Below are positions 40,435 through 49,466 of a stretch of 64,000 nucleotides of DNA, in pieces. The stretch covers positions 288,001 to 352,000 of the forward strand of contig CAXXYE010000001.1 in NCBI GenBank assembly GCA_963674865.2, given 5' to 3'. The DNA is from Candidatus Hydrogenedentota bacterium. GTDB taxonomy: Bacteria; Hydrogenedentota; Hydrogenedentia; Hydrogenedentales; SLHB01. Made by a program: the position numbers and the translations under genes. The notes below the pieces were generated by a model. It saw only the letters and a list, made by a program, of their open reading frames with translations, made no database searches and was not told where the DNA came from. Numbering within the stretch: position 1 is the first letter of the stretch; every line of letters starts with the position of its first letter.

Positions 40435-41675
40435 CAGTTCACACGCTTCAACACCGTTGCGCTGTGCGTCCCGCCGAAACTCATCGCGGAAACCAGCGCG
40501 GAGTCTATGTCATTGAGCCTCGATTGATTCGGCACGAAATCCAGGTCGCATGCCGGATCCGGATCCTCTAGGTTGAGCGTAGGCGACACCACGCCCTCCG
40601 AAAGGGCCAGTAGCGCCGCGGCCAGGCCCAAGAGGCCGCCAACGGCATATGCTTGTCCCGTCATCGATTTCACCGCCGAGATCGGCTTGCGGTACGCTGC
40701 GTCACCGAAGACACGCTTGTACGAACTCGTCTCACTGCGATCGTACATTTCCAGTGATACACCGTGTGCCTGGATGTGGTCGATTTCCTCGGGACGCAGG
40801 CCTGCGTCAGCGATGGCCTCTTGCGCTGCACGGGCGAGCGCTTTGCCCTCCGGATCCAGGATCAGTGGATTCATGCCTTCCGCGGCCGAGCCGCTACCCG
40901 CTACCTCGGCCAAAATGGGAGCCCCCCGAGCGTGAGCCCGGCTTGCGTGTTCGAGCACCAGTGCCACCGCACCCTCGCTCAACACGATGCCGTCTCGATG
41001 GCGATCAAAGGGACGCATCGCCTTCTCTGGATCGTTATTGCGCTTCGATAGAATTCCCAGGCATGAGGCCGTTGCGTACGACATGGGAAATATGGGTGTT
41101 TCCGTCGCTCCAACGAGTGCCGCGTCGGCCCGTCCCAACCTGAGCTGCGTCACGCCCCACGTCAGTACATCCAGTCCGGTGGCGCATCCACTCCCGATCG
41201 TGATTGCAGGGCCCCTGAAACCTAGGTCAATCGTCACATGCACCGTCGCGGAATGCCCCGTGAACTTCGAGGAGGCCAGCTTGCCCAGTCGCTTGTATCC
41301 CATGGTTTCAAAGGCTTCCTGATGATCCCGGTACTCCTCATTTGGGCTGCCCACGCTCGTGCCGATCGCTGTAGCGATGCGTTCACCGTCGTAACCCGCC
41401 TTAGCCAGTTCGGCGTCGCTCACGGCGAGCTTCGCGCTCGCAACCGCTTGATGCACATGCCGGCACCAGTTCCGCACAATGCGCTTACGCATGAAGTCTT
41501 CTGGATTGAAATCCCAGAGCTGGCCGCCGATCTGACAGGGGAAGTCCGACGGATCGAACCGATCCACCTGGCGAATACCTGACTTGCCTTGGCGCAACGC
41601 ATCCCAAAACGCATGGCGCCCAATCCCATTGCACGAGAGGATCCCCATACCTGAGATTACGATAGGTTCTCGCAT
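40434..41675 (-). CDS. Beta-ketoacyl-ACP synthase, FabF/KAS II-like, with an atypical triad
   Basis: ISGMGILS, GCATG (Cys), MRPFD..RDG.VLSEGA, AHGVS, KSMTGQ (His->Gln), SFGG. Confidence 0.88.
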   Translation of the reverse strand: MREPIVISGMGILSCNGIGRHAFWDALRQGKSGIRQVDRFDPSDFPCQIGGQLWDFNPEDFMRKRIVRNWCRHVHQAVASAKLAVSDAELAKAGYDGERIATAIGTSVGSPNEEYRDHQEAFETMGYKRLGKLASSKFTGHSATVHVTIDLGFRGPAITIGSGCATGLDVLTWGVTQLRLGRADAALVGATETPIFPMSYATASCLGILSKRNNDPEKAMRPFDRHRDGIVLSEGAVALVLEHASRAHARGAPILAEVAGSGSAAEGMNPLILDPEGKALARAAQEAIADAGLRPEEIDHIQAHGVSLEMYDRSETSSYKRVFGDAAYRKPISAVKSMTGQAYAVGGLLGLAAALLALSEGVVSPTLNLEDPDPACDLDFVPNQSRLNDIDSALVSAMSFGGTHSATVLKRVN

Positions 41676-41678
41676 GAC

Positions 41679-43346
41679 TTAGTTCCCAACTGCGGCCAGC
41701 AACGGGGCGAATGGACGGAGGCCGACCGGGCTGTTAGGAACGCACGCACGCTCGTTGAACACCCGTACCAAGTCTGCCAATCCGTCGATATCGCCGCTCG
41801 AAAAGCGTTGACGCATCTCGCATCCAAAGGCGTCCAGCCGTTCCCCATTTCCCGTAAACGTAGCTGTCATGGCATCTTGAGGCGACAGGCTAAGCGATAC
41901 GCCATAGCCGCCGATGGCCTCGGACAATGTCCTGTATTCTTGAAGTGCCCGCCTTGCCTGACGGCTCTTCCGGCTCCAGGCAGCATCAACGCTTTCCCGC
42001 TGCCCGGTTGCAGGCGCGCGCTCATCCAGTACTTCGCCCAAGTACTGCCGCACATCCAACGGGGAGCGATTGGCCCGTGCCCACCCATGGACCCGAGGAG
42101 TGTCCTCCCACGAAGGCAGCCGAATCTCCGCTGCCGTGGGCCTTGCCCGGGCAACGAGCCGAAGTGTTTCCTCACGTGTATGTTCGTCATCCGCCGCGCA
42201 GGGGAAGGTGAGCCCCATGAACGTGCACAGTCCTGACGCGCGGCTTACGCGAAAGGCGCGTTCCACGTCCGAAACGCCGAAATTCCGGCCGTACACGTCC
42301 TCGAGCAAGCGTTGGCTTCCCGTGTCCACTTGGAGCGAGAGTCCGACGCATCCTGAAGCGCTCAATAGAGGGTAGGAGGCGGCGTCAACATGTCCGATAT
42401 CCAGTGCGCGCCAATACCGCACCTTGATATTGCGAGAGAGCAGTTCGCGGGCGATGGCCAGCGCGTGCGGGCCGGGTGAGCCGGCGCCGACAAAGTAAAA
42501 CGCCCTGCCGCCGTACAATCGTGCCACCGCGTTCATTTCTTCGCACACTGCCGCTACGGGCTTGAGGCGTAGTCGCGTCGGTGAGGGGCGGCTGACGTTG
42601 TCGGCTCGTATCTGCCACTGCGCCTTCCTGCTTTCCTCTATCTCGAAGAGTCTGAGCTTTCCGGCTTCTCGAAGCGCGGGATATGTATACGCGTCGTAGG
42701 CCGGCATGGCTGACCAGTCGGAGCACGGCCCGGCGCTTCCTGTGCCTCGTTCGACGCTTCCGTTCTTGACCTGGAGTACGCCTCCGATCCTTGACCACTC
42801 AGCGGGATCATGGATAAGCTCTGCCAACTGGCAGAGGGTGGATTCCACATCATCCCTGCAAAGGCAGTCGAAGGCGTTTGTTTCCATGAGGATGCGCTCG
42901 CCGTAGAGGTCCACCAGCGAACCAAGGCCCAGAATGCGCACCCCTGGGCAGTGGTCTCGTATCCGCTCTGCTATCGCCACGGTGGCGTGAAGGGCGTCGA
43001 CGTTTTCGATGCGGAAGCATATGAAGTCCACCGCTTCGCGGCTGCTGAGTTCGAAGGCTATCTCATCGCACAGTGCCTTCTGGCGCCTCAGGTACTCCCG
43101 CACCCGGCGTGCGTTGCGGATGCCCGAGAGCGGCCATGGAGGCCTTGCGTCCGCCACGCCGTTCTCGCCACGCCCCGGCCCGATGAGGCGTGCCAGCGTC
43201 TCGATAGAGCCGTAGTCCTGAATAGTGGTCACGTGCCCGTTCATTTGCAGGTTGGCGGCAATGGTCGCCAACTGGCGGTCGGGCATCAACGTCTCAACTG
43301 AAAACGGATACCCCGGGAAGTAGGCCAGCACACTCCGTGTCTTCAT
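41679..43346 (-). CDS. B12-binding/radical SAM-like protein lacking CxxxCxxC
   Basis: Class B radical-SAM-like layout: N-terminal LA.IAA.L...GH...DY, FD.LC..D.E, P.YD, IEESR, SGC..L...VDTGSQRLL. The cysteine motif is absent. Confidence 0.7.
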   Translation of the reverse strand: MKTRSVLAYFPGYPFSVETLMPDRQLATIAANLQMNGHVTTIQDYGSIETLARLIGPGRGENGVADARPPWPLSGIRNARRVREYLRRQKALCDEIAFELSSREAVDFICFRIENVDALHATVAIAERIRDHCPGVRILGLGSLVDLYGERILMETNAFDCLCRDDVESTLCQLAELIHDPAEWSRIGGVLQVKNGSVERGTGSAGPCSDWSAMPAYDAYTYPALREAGKLRLFEIEESRKAQWQIRADNVSRPSPTRLRLKPVAAVCEEMNAVARLYGGRAFYFVGAGSPGPHALAIARELLSRNIKVRYWRALDIGHVDAASYPLLSASGCVGLSLQVDTGSQRLLEDVYGRNFGVSDVERAFRVSRASGLCTFMGLTFPCAADDEHTREETLRLVARARPTAAEIRLPSWEDTPRVHGWARANRSPLDVRQYLGEVLDERAPATGQRESVDAAWSRKSRQARRALQEYRTLSEAIGGYGVSLSLSPQDAMTATFTGNGERLDAFGCEMRQRFSSGDIDGLADLVRVFNERACVPNSPVGLRPFAPLLAAVGN

Positions 43347-43444
43347 GGATGCTCCTTACCGCGAAAAACCATCAAACCCCGAGGACACGCAAATCAACAC
43401 AAAATGTAGCCGGGGTCACAAAGCAACCCACAACATATGGGCAC

Positions 43445-43473
43445 AATATAGCACGGGCACTACATATATGCAA
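43445..43473 (-). promoter_or_regulatory. Sigma-70-type promoter of the radical-SAM/KS/kinase operon
   Basis: Minus strand TTGCAT-17-TATATT with an extended TG; AAGGAG RBS before ATG 43346. Confidence 0.6.
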
Positions 43474-43502
43474 GTACAAATTTGAACACACCACATTTTG
43501 AC

Positions 43503-43519
43503 GGCAAGAACGATTCCCT
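43503..43519 (-). promoter_or_regulatory. Possible sigma-54 promoter of the same operon
   Basis: Minus strand AGGGAATCGTTCTTGCC has GG-N10-GC spacing with TTGC; the -24 half is imperfect. Confidence 0.35.
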
Positions 43520-43532
43520 ATATGTAATGTCT

Positions 43533-43550
43533 GTGCCCCATGTGGGGCAC
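43533..43550. promoter_or_regulatory. Palindromic operator-like site
   Basis: GTGCCCCA-TG-TGGGGCAC perfect 8-bp inverted repeat in an AT-rich intergenic region. Confidence 0.5.
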
Positions 43551-43843
43551 CCGGTACCTGGGGCAAGGGAAGCATAGGAGAGGCGGCTGTCTTCTAAGTG
43601 GTTATAATAGATATGTTTACGTGGTGTGGTGTGGGGCGCTTTTGGTTGGGGCGCTATAGGAACACGGGCCTCGTCTCCGGATCAACCTTGTAGCGTCTGC
43701 CAGGAGGGGTAACAAGTCGCGCCAGCCACTGCTGGCGCGTTTCCCTTATGTGGTGACACATCAGATTCCATGCTGGGCTGAATGTCCCACGCACAGTTGT
43801 TTAGAGCCTGCCGCCCTCGCGAAGGGGGCGTAGCAGCACCTGA

Positions 43844-46204
43844 CTACTCGATGCATACCGGACAAGGCGCGCGTACAACGGCGACTTCCCCGTTGTCATA
43901 GGCGACCTCTGCCACGCCCGCCGGTGTGAAGATCCTAGCTTCCTTGGGCGCGCGAGTGTCGCCGAGGGCCGCTGCCTGCGGGTGCAGATACAGCGTGCCG
44001 TCACGCCAGATGGGGCCCCAGGCCCATGAATCGAAGCGGAGCGCCCCGCTCACCCACGTGTAGACCTTGTCGCCACTGTGCGATTCCGGTGTCCCGAAAA
44101 GCGCATTGTATTCGTTGAGGGACAGGCCGAAATCGCGTGCCTCCTCCGGGAACTCTTCCGCCAGCTCGGTAAAAGTGATGTACAAGTGCGGCGAGGTGTA
44201 CTTGTACCAGTTCTCGTCGCCCTCATTCTTCTTTTTCAGCAAGATGCCCATCATGCGGCGCATGAAATCGAGCGATGCCGCGCGCTCCTCCTCAGCCAGC
44301 CGCTCACCCGCACACTCGAGCAGATCGGCGTGAAATCGCGCCAAGACTGCCGGAATGTATACATAGCTTTCCTGGCGAGCCACGCCATTCGGCCCGCATC
44401 CGGACTGGTGTCCCGGCCAATACCACGAGGTCTGGCTGTACGAATCCCGAGCGTCGCGAAGAACGCGCCGGATGCGGTCGAGATAGAACCGATAGCCCGT
44501 CGTGCGATACAAGTCGAAGAGGCCAAATAGCGGCAGACTGTCGCGCCCAACAAAACGGTGGGGCCGGTTGATGGCGTAGAACCTGTAATATCCGTCTGCG
44601 GCGAGTTCCGCTGTTTCAAGCAGATAGGGATCGCCGGTTTCCCAGTAGCCGTGTACCGCGCTCATGAAGCGCGCGTATGGCTGAACGACCCATTGCCAAC
44701 CAAAATAGGGCAGTTCACAGGTGTAGAAATCCACATGATTGATGGGGATATCGGCACGCCAATAACAGCACGGGATGGCCTCTTCGCAGAAGCGCGGAAT
44801 TCCCAGGGCGTGCCCGAGCGTCAGCATAGCGGCTCCGGCGCTGCCGTCGCCGTCGCGAACCGAGCGCCCATACTCGAAGGGGCCGCAGTTCCCATCCCGT
44901 GAGAAACAGCTTTCCGAGGTCTTGAGGGCTCGCGGCACGGCCCACCATGAAACAGGCAGCATCCCCCGTGTGGGCAGTGCCCCACACAACGCGTGCCACC
45001 AGCCCGGCGCCTGATAGCGGAGCACCTCCGCCCGCGCATCGCCCAGGCTCGCGGTGAATCGAAACGATCGAGCCACCCCGCTTGGGATGAGTTCATCTCC
45101 GATAGTCGTTACGTACCATCGGTGCGACTTCGCCCCCAGGTCATCCTTGTGCTTGAGTTGCCCCGTGGTTCCTTCCCGGCGGATGATCCGGTGCTCAGGC
45201 ACGCCCTCGTCGTACACAAGTTCAACGCCGTAGATCTGTTGATCGAGCCAGGGCTGGAGAACCACGACCCCCTCCTCGGTGCGCAAGGAGCCTGGCCGTT
45301 CAGCATCGGCCATGTGTACGGTTTGCCCAAGGTTCAGCGAGACGCCGCCGAGAGCGAACTCAGGCCAGCGCCCGTCCAGCGTCACGTCGACCTCGGGTGC
45401 TTCGGGGATGTCGAAGCCTATCACCGGAACGCCGTTAACATCGCTCGCCGGCCCTTCGCGCCGGTGGTTGATGAAATGGGCCGTGGCCTCGATCACCCCG
45501 TTTGCGTAGAGGACAAGGTAGAGGTCTCCCTGAACCGTGTTCTGCTCGTTGTAGATGGGCCCGCCCGCCCGAAGAATATCGCACACGGGCCCGCGGTGGA
45601 TGAAGTCGGCCCGGACGAACTGCCACCAATAGATGCGGTCGTTGTGCCGCAACCCCAGGCGCAAACCAAGCTCGCGGCCCTCATGCCCCAGATTCAGCCG
45701 GTACATCTCGTACTGCGTCTTTTCGAGCGGCAAATTCCGCGTCGTCATGATCCACGTAAGGTTCTCGGTATTGCCTTCAACGAGCGTGTAACCAAACGAC
45801 CAGCCCGCATCATGTTGCGCCGTGGGACTGATTTCCGGCACGCCGGTCAGAGCCGTTTCCGGCTTAGAGTCTATCCAGCGCAGTATCGCCCGCCGCGGCC
45901 CGTCGCTCTCGGGCCACACGGCCACGGTCTGTGCCTGCACCCGCCGCCCGGCTAACGTCACGGCGCCTTCCGCCAACGCATCGAGGAGCGCCGGCTTCAT
46001 ATCCTTGGGAACCGGCACGGCCGCCGCTGCTGCGCCGCATGTTAGCGAGCCGGACTGCCGGAATAGCTCCGGCCAGGATGCCTGTGCGTCCCAGGCCGGG
46101 CTGCTGTCTTGGGACGCCTGAGGCCCTGTTGTGGCGCAGCCCGCCATGATAGTGAGGGCCACAACAGCCGATAGCGCCACAATCTCAAAATGAAGACTTC
46201 TCAT
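43844..46204 (-). CDS. Uncharacterised lipoprotein, possibly an (alpha/alpha)-barrel glycan-active enzyme
   Basis: Lipobox IMAGC; aromatic-rich C-terminal half with YWETGDPYLLE and LYRTTG..YLD helical-barrel-like repeats; overlaps the upstream heparinase-like gene. Confidence 0.55.
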   Translation of the reverse strand: MRSLHFEIVALSAVVALTIMAGCATTGPQASQDSSPAWDAQASWPELFRQSGSLTCGAAAAAVPVPKDMKPALLDALAEGAVTLAGRRVQAQTVAVWPESDGPRRAILRWIDSKPETALTGVPEISPTAQHDAGWSFGYTLVEGNTENLTWIMTTRNLPLEKTQYEMYRLNLGHEGRELGLRLGLRHNDRIYWWQFVRADFIHRGPVCDILRAGGPIYNEQNTVQGDLYLVLYANGVIEATAHFINHRREGPASDVNGVPVIGFDIPEAPEVDVTLDGRWPEFALGGVSLNLGQTVHMADAERPGSLRTEEGVVVLQPWLDQQIYGVELVYDEGVPEHRIIRREGTTGQLKHKDDLGAKSHRWYVTTIGDELIPSGVARSFRFTASLGDARAEVLRYQAPGWWHALCGALPTRGMLPVSWWAVPRALKTSESCFSRDGNCGPFEYGRSVRDGDGSAGAAMLTLGHALGIPRFCEEAIPCCYWRADIPINHVDFYTCELPYFGWQWVVQPYARFMSAVHGYWETGDPYLLETAELAADGYYRFYAINRPHRFVGRDSLPLFGLFDLYRTTGYRFYLDRIRRVLRDARDSYSQTSWYWPGHQSGCGPNGVARQESYVYIPAVLARFHADLLECAGERLAEEERAASLDFMRRMMGILLKKKNEGDENWYKYTSPHLYITFTELAEEFPEEARDFGLSLNEYNALFGTPESHSGDKVYTWVSGALRFDSWAWGPIWRDGTLYLHPQAAALGDTRAPKEARIFTPAGVAEVAYDNGEVAVVRAPCPVCIE

Positions 46205-49200
46205 TGTCTTCCGCTCCCCTATTCCAATCCCATGTTATAGCTTCCCACTCGACGTACCTGAGAGCATACAGCTCGAACTGGGCCAAGTCGGGCGGACTGA
46301 AACGCTTCAGCTCTATCTCATCTCCCTGGGTTCTTCTCACTGGGAAGGCCGTCTGGTGGCTGCCGTCGAAGGCCAAGAGATAGTTTGTGAAACCTTCCTG
46401 AAGGACGGGCCATTTGCGCGGCCTGCGGACATCGGACACGAGGCTGCGGCCTTCCTGGCGCCGAACACTGCTCCGCCAAGATGCGACTTGACGTCGGAAG
46501 CCGAGCGCGCCGTGCTTCAAAGTCCGCGCGCCAAGGCCGAGTGCCCACGGCGTTCCCTCCCTGGGGTGGCAGACAACGCCGAGGCGTCCGTCGAAGTGAA
46601 TGGCGCCTATCCGTGCGCGCTGCGTGAACTCATTCAGAATCCAGTATGTGCCCCAGTCCGTCTCGACGCGGATGGCCACAGCGTCCGGGCCGGCCTGATG
46701 CGGCGTATCGAGGCGCTCCGCACACGCGATGGGCATCTTTCCATCGCGCCCGTCTGGCTCGTGCACGGCGACGAAGGTGCTCGTCAGGTCTGTGCCCTCT
46801 CGCACAGCGTTAACGCAGCGCACGCGGCGTCCCGCGTTCTCCCGTGTTGTCTGGCCGGGCCCATTCGCGGCCTGTGCCGTGTCCACTTGGGATAGCATCC
46901 ATAGGCGGTAGCACCGGCCCTCCTCTGCCCAAACGGCTTGCCAACGCGACGGCGTCGTCGCGGCGGCCCGTACATCTCGCAGTCCGTAGACATCCTCATG
47001 CGCCAGGCTCTGCCCAGTCTCCGGCAGTGGTGGCTCGAGCGGCAGGTCGAGGCCATTGAATGTCAGCGAGCCATTATGCGAGTCGCTTGCCGCAAGTCCG
47101 CTGAAGACGCGGTAAGCGTGTTTTTCGCCGCCACTGACGCGGAAGATATCCACCACGAGCGTCCGGCCTTCAGGCCCTTTCAGCAGAATCACCAGCCGCC
47201 GGTACGTGTCGCATTGGGCGTAGGCCCGCGAGGATGCCTCGACCACAGACAGTACCGGCGAGGTTGCCATCAACTCGATACGCGGTACGCGTGGCGCGGC
47301 CCCGCCGGCAAGCTGGTCGGAATCGTCGACCACCACGAGATTGTGGCTCAAAGCACTGTGCATCCACCGGTTCACGGGCATGTCGCCGACGTAACCCAGG
47401 TCGTCCAGGATGGGCGCTCCCCGGACCTTGTAGTAAAGGTCGAGATTGTCATCATGGCGATGGCCCCCGGGCGGCGAACAGCAAAGCGCCAGCACCGTAT
47501 CCTCGGGCGCGACCCCGTGCCGAAGAATCGCCGTCATCCATGCCGGGAAAAGCAGTTCCGGTGGGGCCAGGGGCGACGCCGTGTTGAGTGCCTTCCCATC
47601 GAGCTGGAACACGGCGTATTCGCCAGGCTTAGCCTCGCCCCTCAGTGTCCGGTGTTTCCCCTCGTAGTACTCGGGATAGCGCCTAAGGCCCACTTCCACC
47701 ACGCCCTGGTTGGGACGCCTTCCCTCCGGCGTGTCGGACAGGGGCAGGTACTGCCCTTCGCCGTCGACTTGATCCACTACGGCGCGCAGCATCAGCCGCA
47801 GGCGTGGATCCGTGCCGTAAAGATCAATTGCGCCCGCCCGCCCTGGATGGCCCTCCGGCCAAGTGAATCCCTGTAGCCGCTCCGTCAAACGGATCAACTC
47901 GCCAAGATACATGTTGGTGTAGCCGGGACTTTCCTTGCTGAAGCCGTCGTATAGGAACGACTTATCCCGAAGTCCTTCATATCCCCGCAGGGCCGTATCC
48001 GCGTACTCCGCCAAGCCGAGGCACTGCGCGATGGCCGCCATCGCGTGATACACCCTCGGCGATTTGTTGTTGACTGTCTCGGCCTTTCCTTCACCTCCCA
48101 CAAACGGTTCGGCCTCGATCACCCACTCGAGAAGCAAGTCGCGTTCAACACGAGCGCGCGTCTCCTCTGTCCAAAGCCCGTCCCCGTCGGCGTCCCGCGC
48201 ATCGTGGACTAGGTCGTAGGCGAGGCAGAGGGCGGCCACGGCGCTTATCGCGCCGGTGCTCGGATGAACGCGCCCCGCGCCCCAGTACGATTGCATCATG
48301 TGGGCGCGTTCGAGGCTGTCCTTCTCGTAGACTTCCTCGCAAAGGTGACGCTTCCACGTCAGAGGTAGTTCGCGGTCGTGCCAAGCCGCGTACAAGGGGT
48401 CGCAATCGGCGAACGTGTCCCAGTAGTCGTGGTACATCCACCCTCGGTAACAGTACGCCAGACGCTGTAGGATGGCTACGGCCTGTTCCGCATACCGCGG
48501 CTCACCAGTGAGGCCGTAGGCGTAGCAGAGGCTCGACAGGCCGCCCAGCATGAATAGAACCTTCTTCTCGCGCACCAGGCCTGAAAAGCTGACGTGAATC
48601 GGGTGGCCCACCCAGTGCCACGCGTACCGCCCGCTCCGATCGTCCGCGTGTTCCCGCTCCAAGTCGTTGCGATAGAACGTCAATGTCTGGCCGCTTCGGG
48701 GACACTTCAGTTCCGCATCCTCGGGGAAGCGGGCATCCGGATACACCTGGCCGCAGCGGCGGCACCGGAAGGTGTCGGGCTCGCGGTAGTTCCATTCGAT
48801 GAGCGAGGCCCCCGTGCCTTCCTGGGATAACCGGCCCACGCAATTTGGACACGTGAAGCCGTAGGGATTGGTTGGCGTGAGTTCGGGAATCATCGCTTCC
48901 ACGTAGCCGTCCGGCTGGGCGATGAGGTAATCGGCCAAGGCCAGATGCCGTTCGAACCAAGCCCGCGCCCAGTCGGCCGTCGCAATGTTCCGGCGCGCCC
49001 GCTCAAGGGCCTCAGCGCCAAGTAGCACCGGATGCTTCACCGCCGCTCGCGCGTCGAGCATCCGACTCTTCCGCGCCTCGACGGCGGCCCGAAACGCTTC
49101 TTCCGCCACGGACACGCCGAGTTGCTGCCACGGCATCCATCCCGTGCCCCGGGCAACGGCTTGGATATAGGCGTCTTTCGAGGCCGGTTGAGGCTCCGAG

Positions 49201-49301
49201 TGGGCCTCCGCACGGGCCAGCAAGACGGCAAGCAGGGCAATGACGGCTATCCAGGGCTTGTTTGCTCGCCCCGGCGCATTCGCGCTTGACTTGAAAGACA
49301 T
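46185..49301 (-). CDS. Heparinase II/III-like polysaccharide lyase family protein
   Basis: Signal peptide; DG..KES.GY; GGHRHDDNL; D.GY; SHNLVVVD; N-terminal CPNC...CRRC insert. Confidence 0.8.
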   Translation of the reverse strand: MSFKSSANAPGRANKPWIAVIALLAVLLARAEAHSEPQPASKDAYIQAVARGTGWMPWQQLGVSVAEEAFRAAVEARKSRMLDARAAVKHPVLLGAEALERARRNIATADWARAWFERHLALADYLIAQPDGYVEAMIPELTPTNPYGFTCPNCVGRLSQEGTGASLIEWNYREPDTFRCRRCGQVYPDARFPEDAELKCPRSGQTLTFYRNDLEREHADDRSGRYAWHWVGHPIHVSFSGLVREKKVLFMLGGLSSLCYAYGLTGEPRYAEQAVAILQRLAYCYRGWMYHDYWDTFADCDPLYAAWHDRELPLTWKRHLCEEVYEKDSLERAHMMQSYWGAGRVHPSTGAISAVAALCLAYDLVHDARDADGDGLWTEETRARVERDLLLEWVIEAEPFVGGEGKAETVNNKSPRVYHAMAAIAQCLGLAEYADTALRGYEGLRDKSFLYDGFSKESPGYTNMYLGELIRLTERLQGFTWPEGHPGRAGAIDLYGTDPRLRLMLRAVVDQVDGEGQYLPLSDTPEGRRPNQGVVEVGLRRYPEYYEGKHRTLRGEAKPGEYAVFQLDGKALNTASPLAPPELLFPAWMTAILRHGVAPEDTVLALCCSPPGGHRHDDNLDLYYKVRGAPILDDLGYVGDMPVNRWMHSALSHNLVVVDDSDQLAGGAAPRVPRIELMATSPVLSVVEASSRAYAQCDTYRRLVILLKGPEGRTLVVDIFRVSGGEKHAYRVFSGLAASDSHNGSLTFNGLDLPLEPPLPETGQSLAHEDVYGLRDVRAAATTPSRWQAVWAEEGRCYRLWMLSQVDTAQAANGPGQTTRENAGRRVRCVNAVREGTDLTSTFVAVHEPDGRDGKMPIACAERLDTPHQAGPDAVAIRVETDWGTYWILNEFTQRARIGAIHFDGRLGVVCHPREGTPWALGLGARTLKHGALGFRRQVASWRSSVRRQEGRSLVSDVRRPRKWPVLQEGFTNYLLAFDGSHQTAFPVRRTQGDEIELKRFSPPDLAQFELYALRYVEWEAITWDWNRGAEDNEKSSF

Positions 49302-49348
49302 GCCGGTCCTTTCATGCTCCTGCGTCGCTCGAGAGTATTGATGAAAAG

Positions 49349-49377
49349 GTTATAATCGCCGCTGTCCCGCTACGCAA
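49349..49377 (-). promoter_or_regulatory. Putative sigma-70 promoter of the heparinase-like operon
   Basis: Minus strand TTGCGT-17-TATAAC. Confidence 0.45.
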
Positions 49378-49466
49378 ATGCAAGTCTGCGATGTGCAGGT
49401 CGGTGTGTTTCGCGGCCCGAGCGTCTGGAAGGTATAATGGCGTGTCCAAAAACGAGGGATGCTCTT

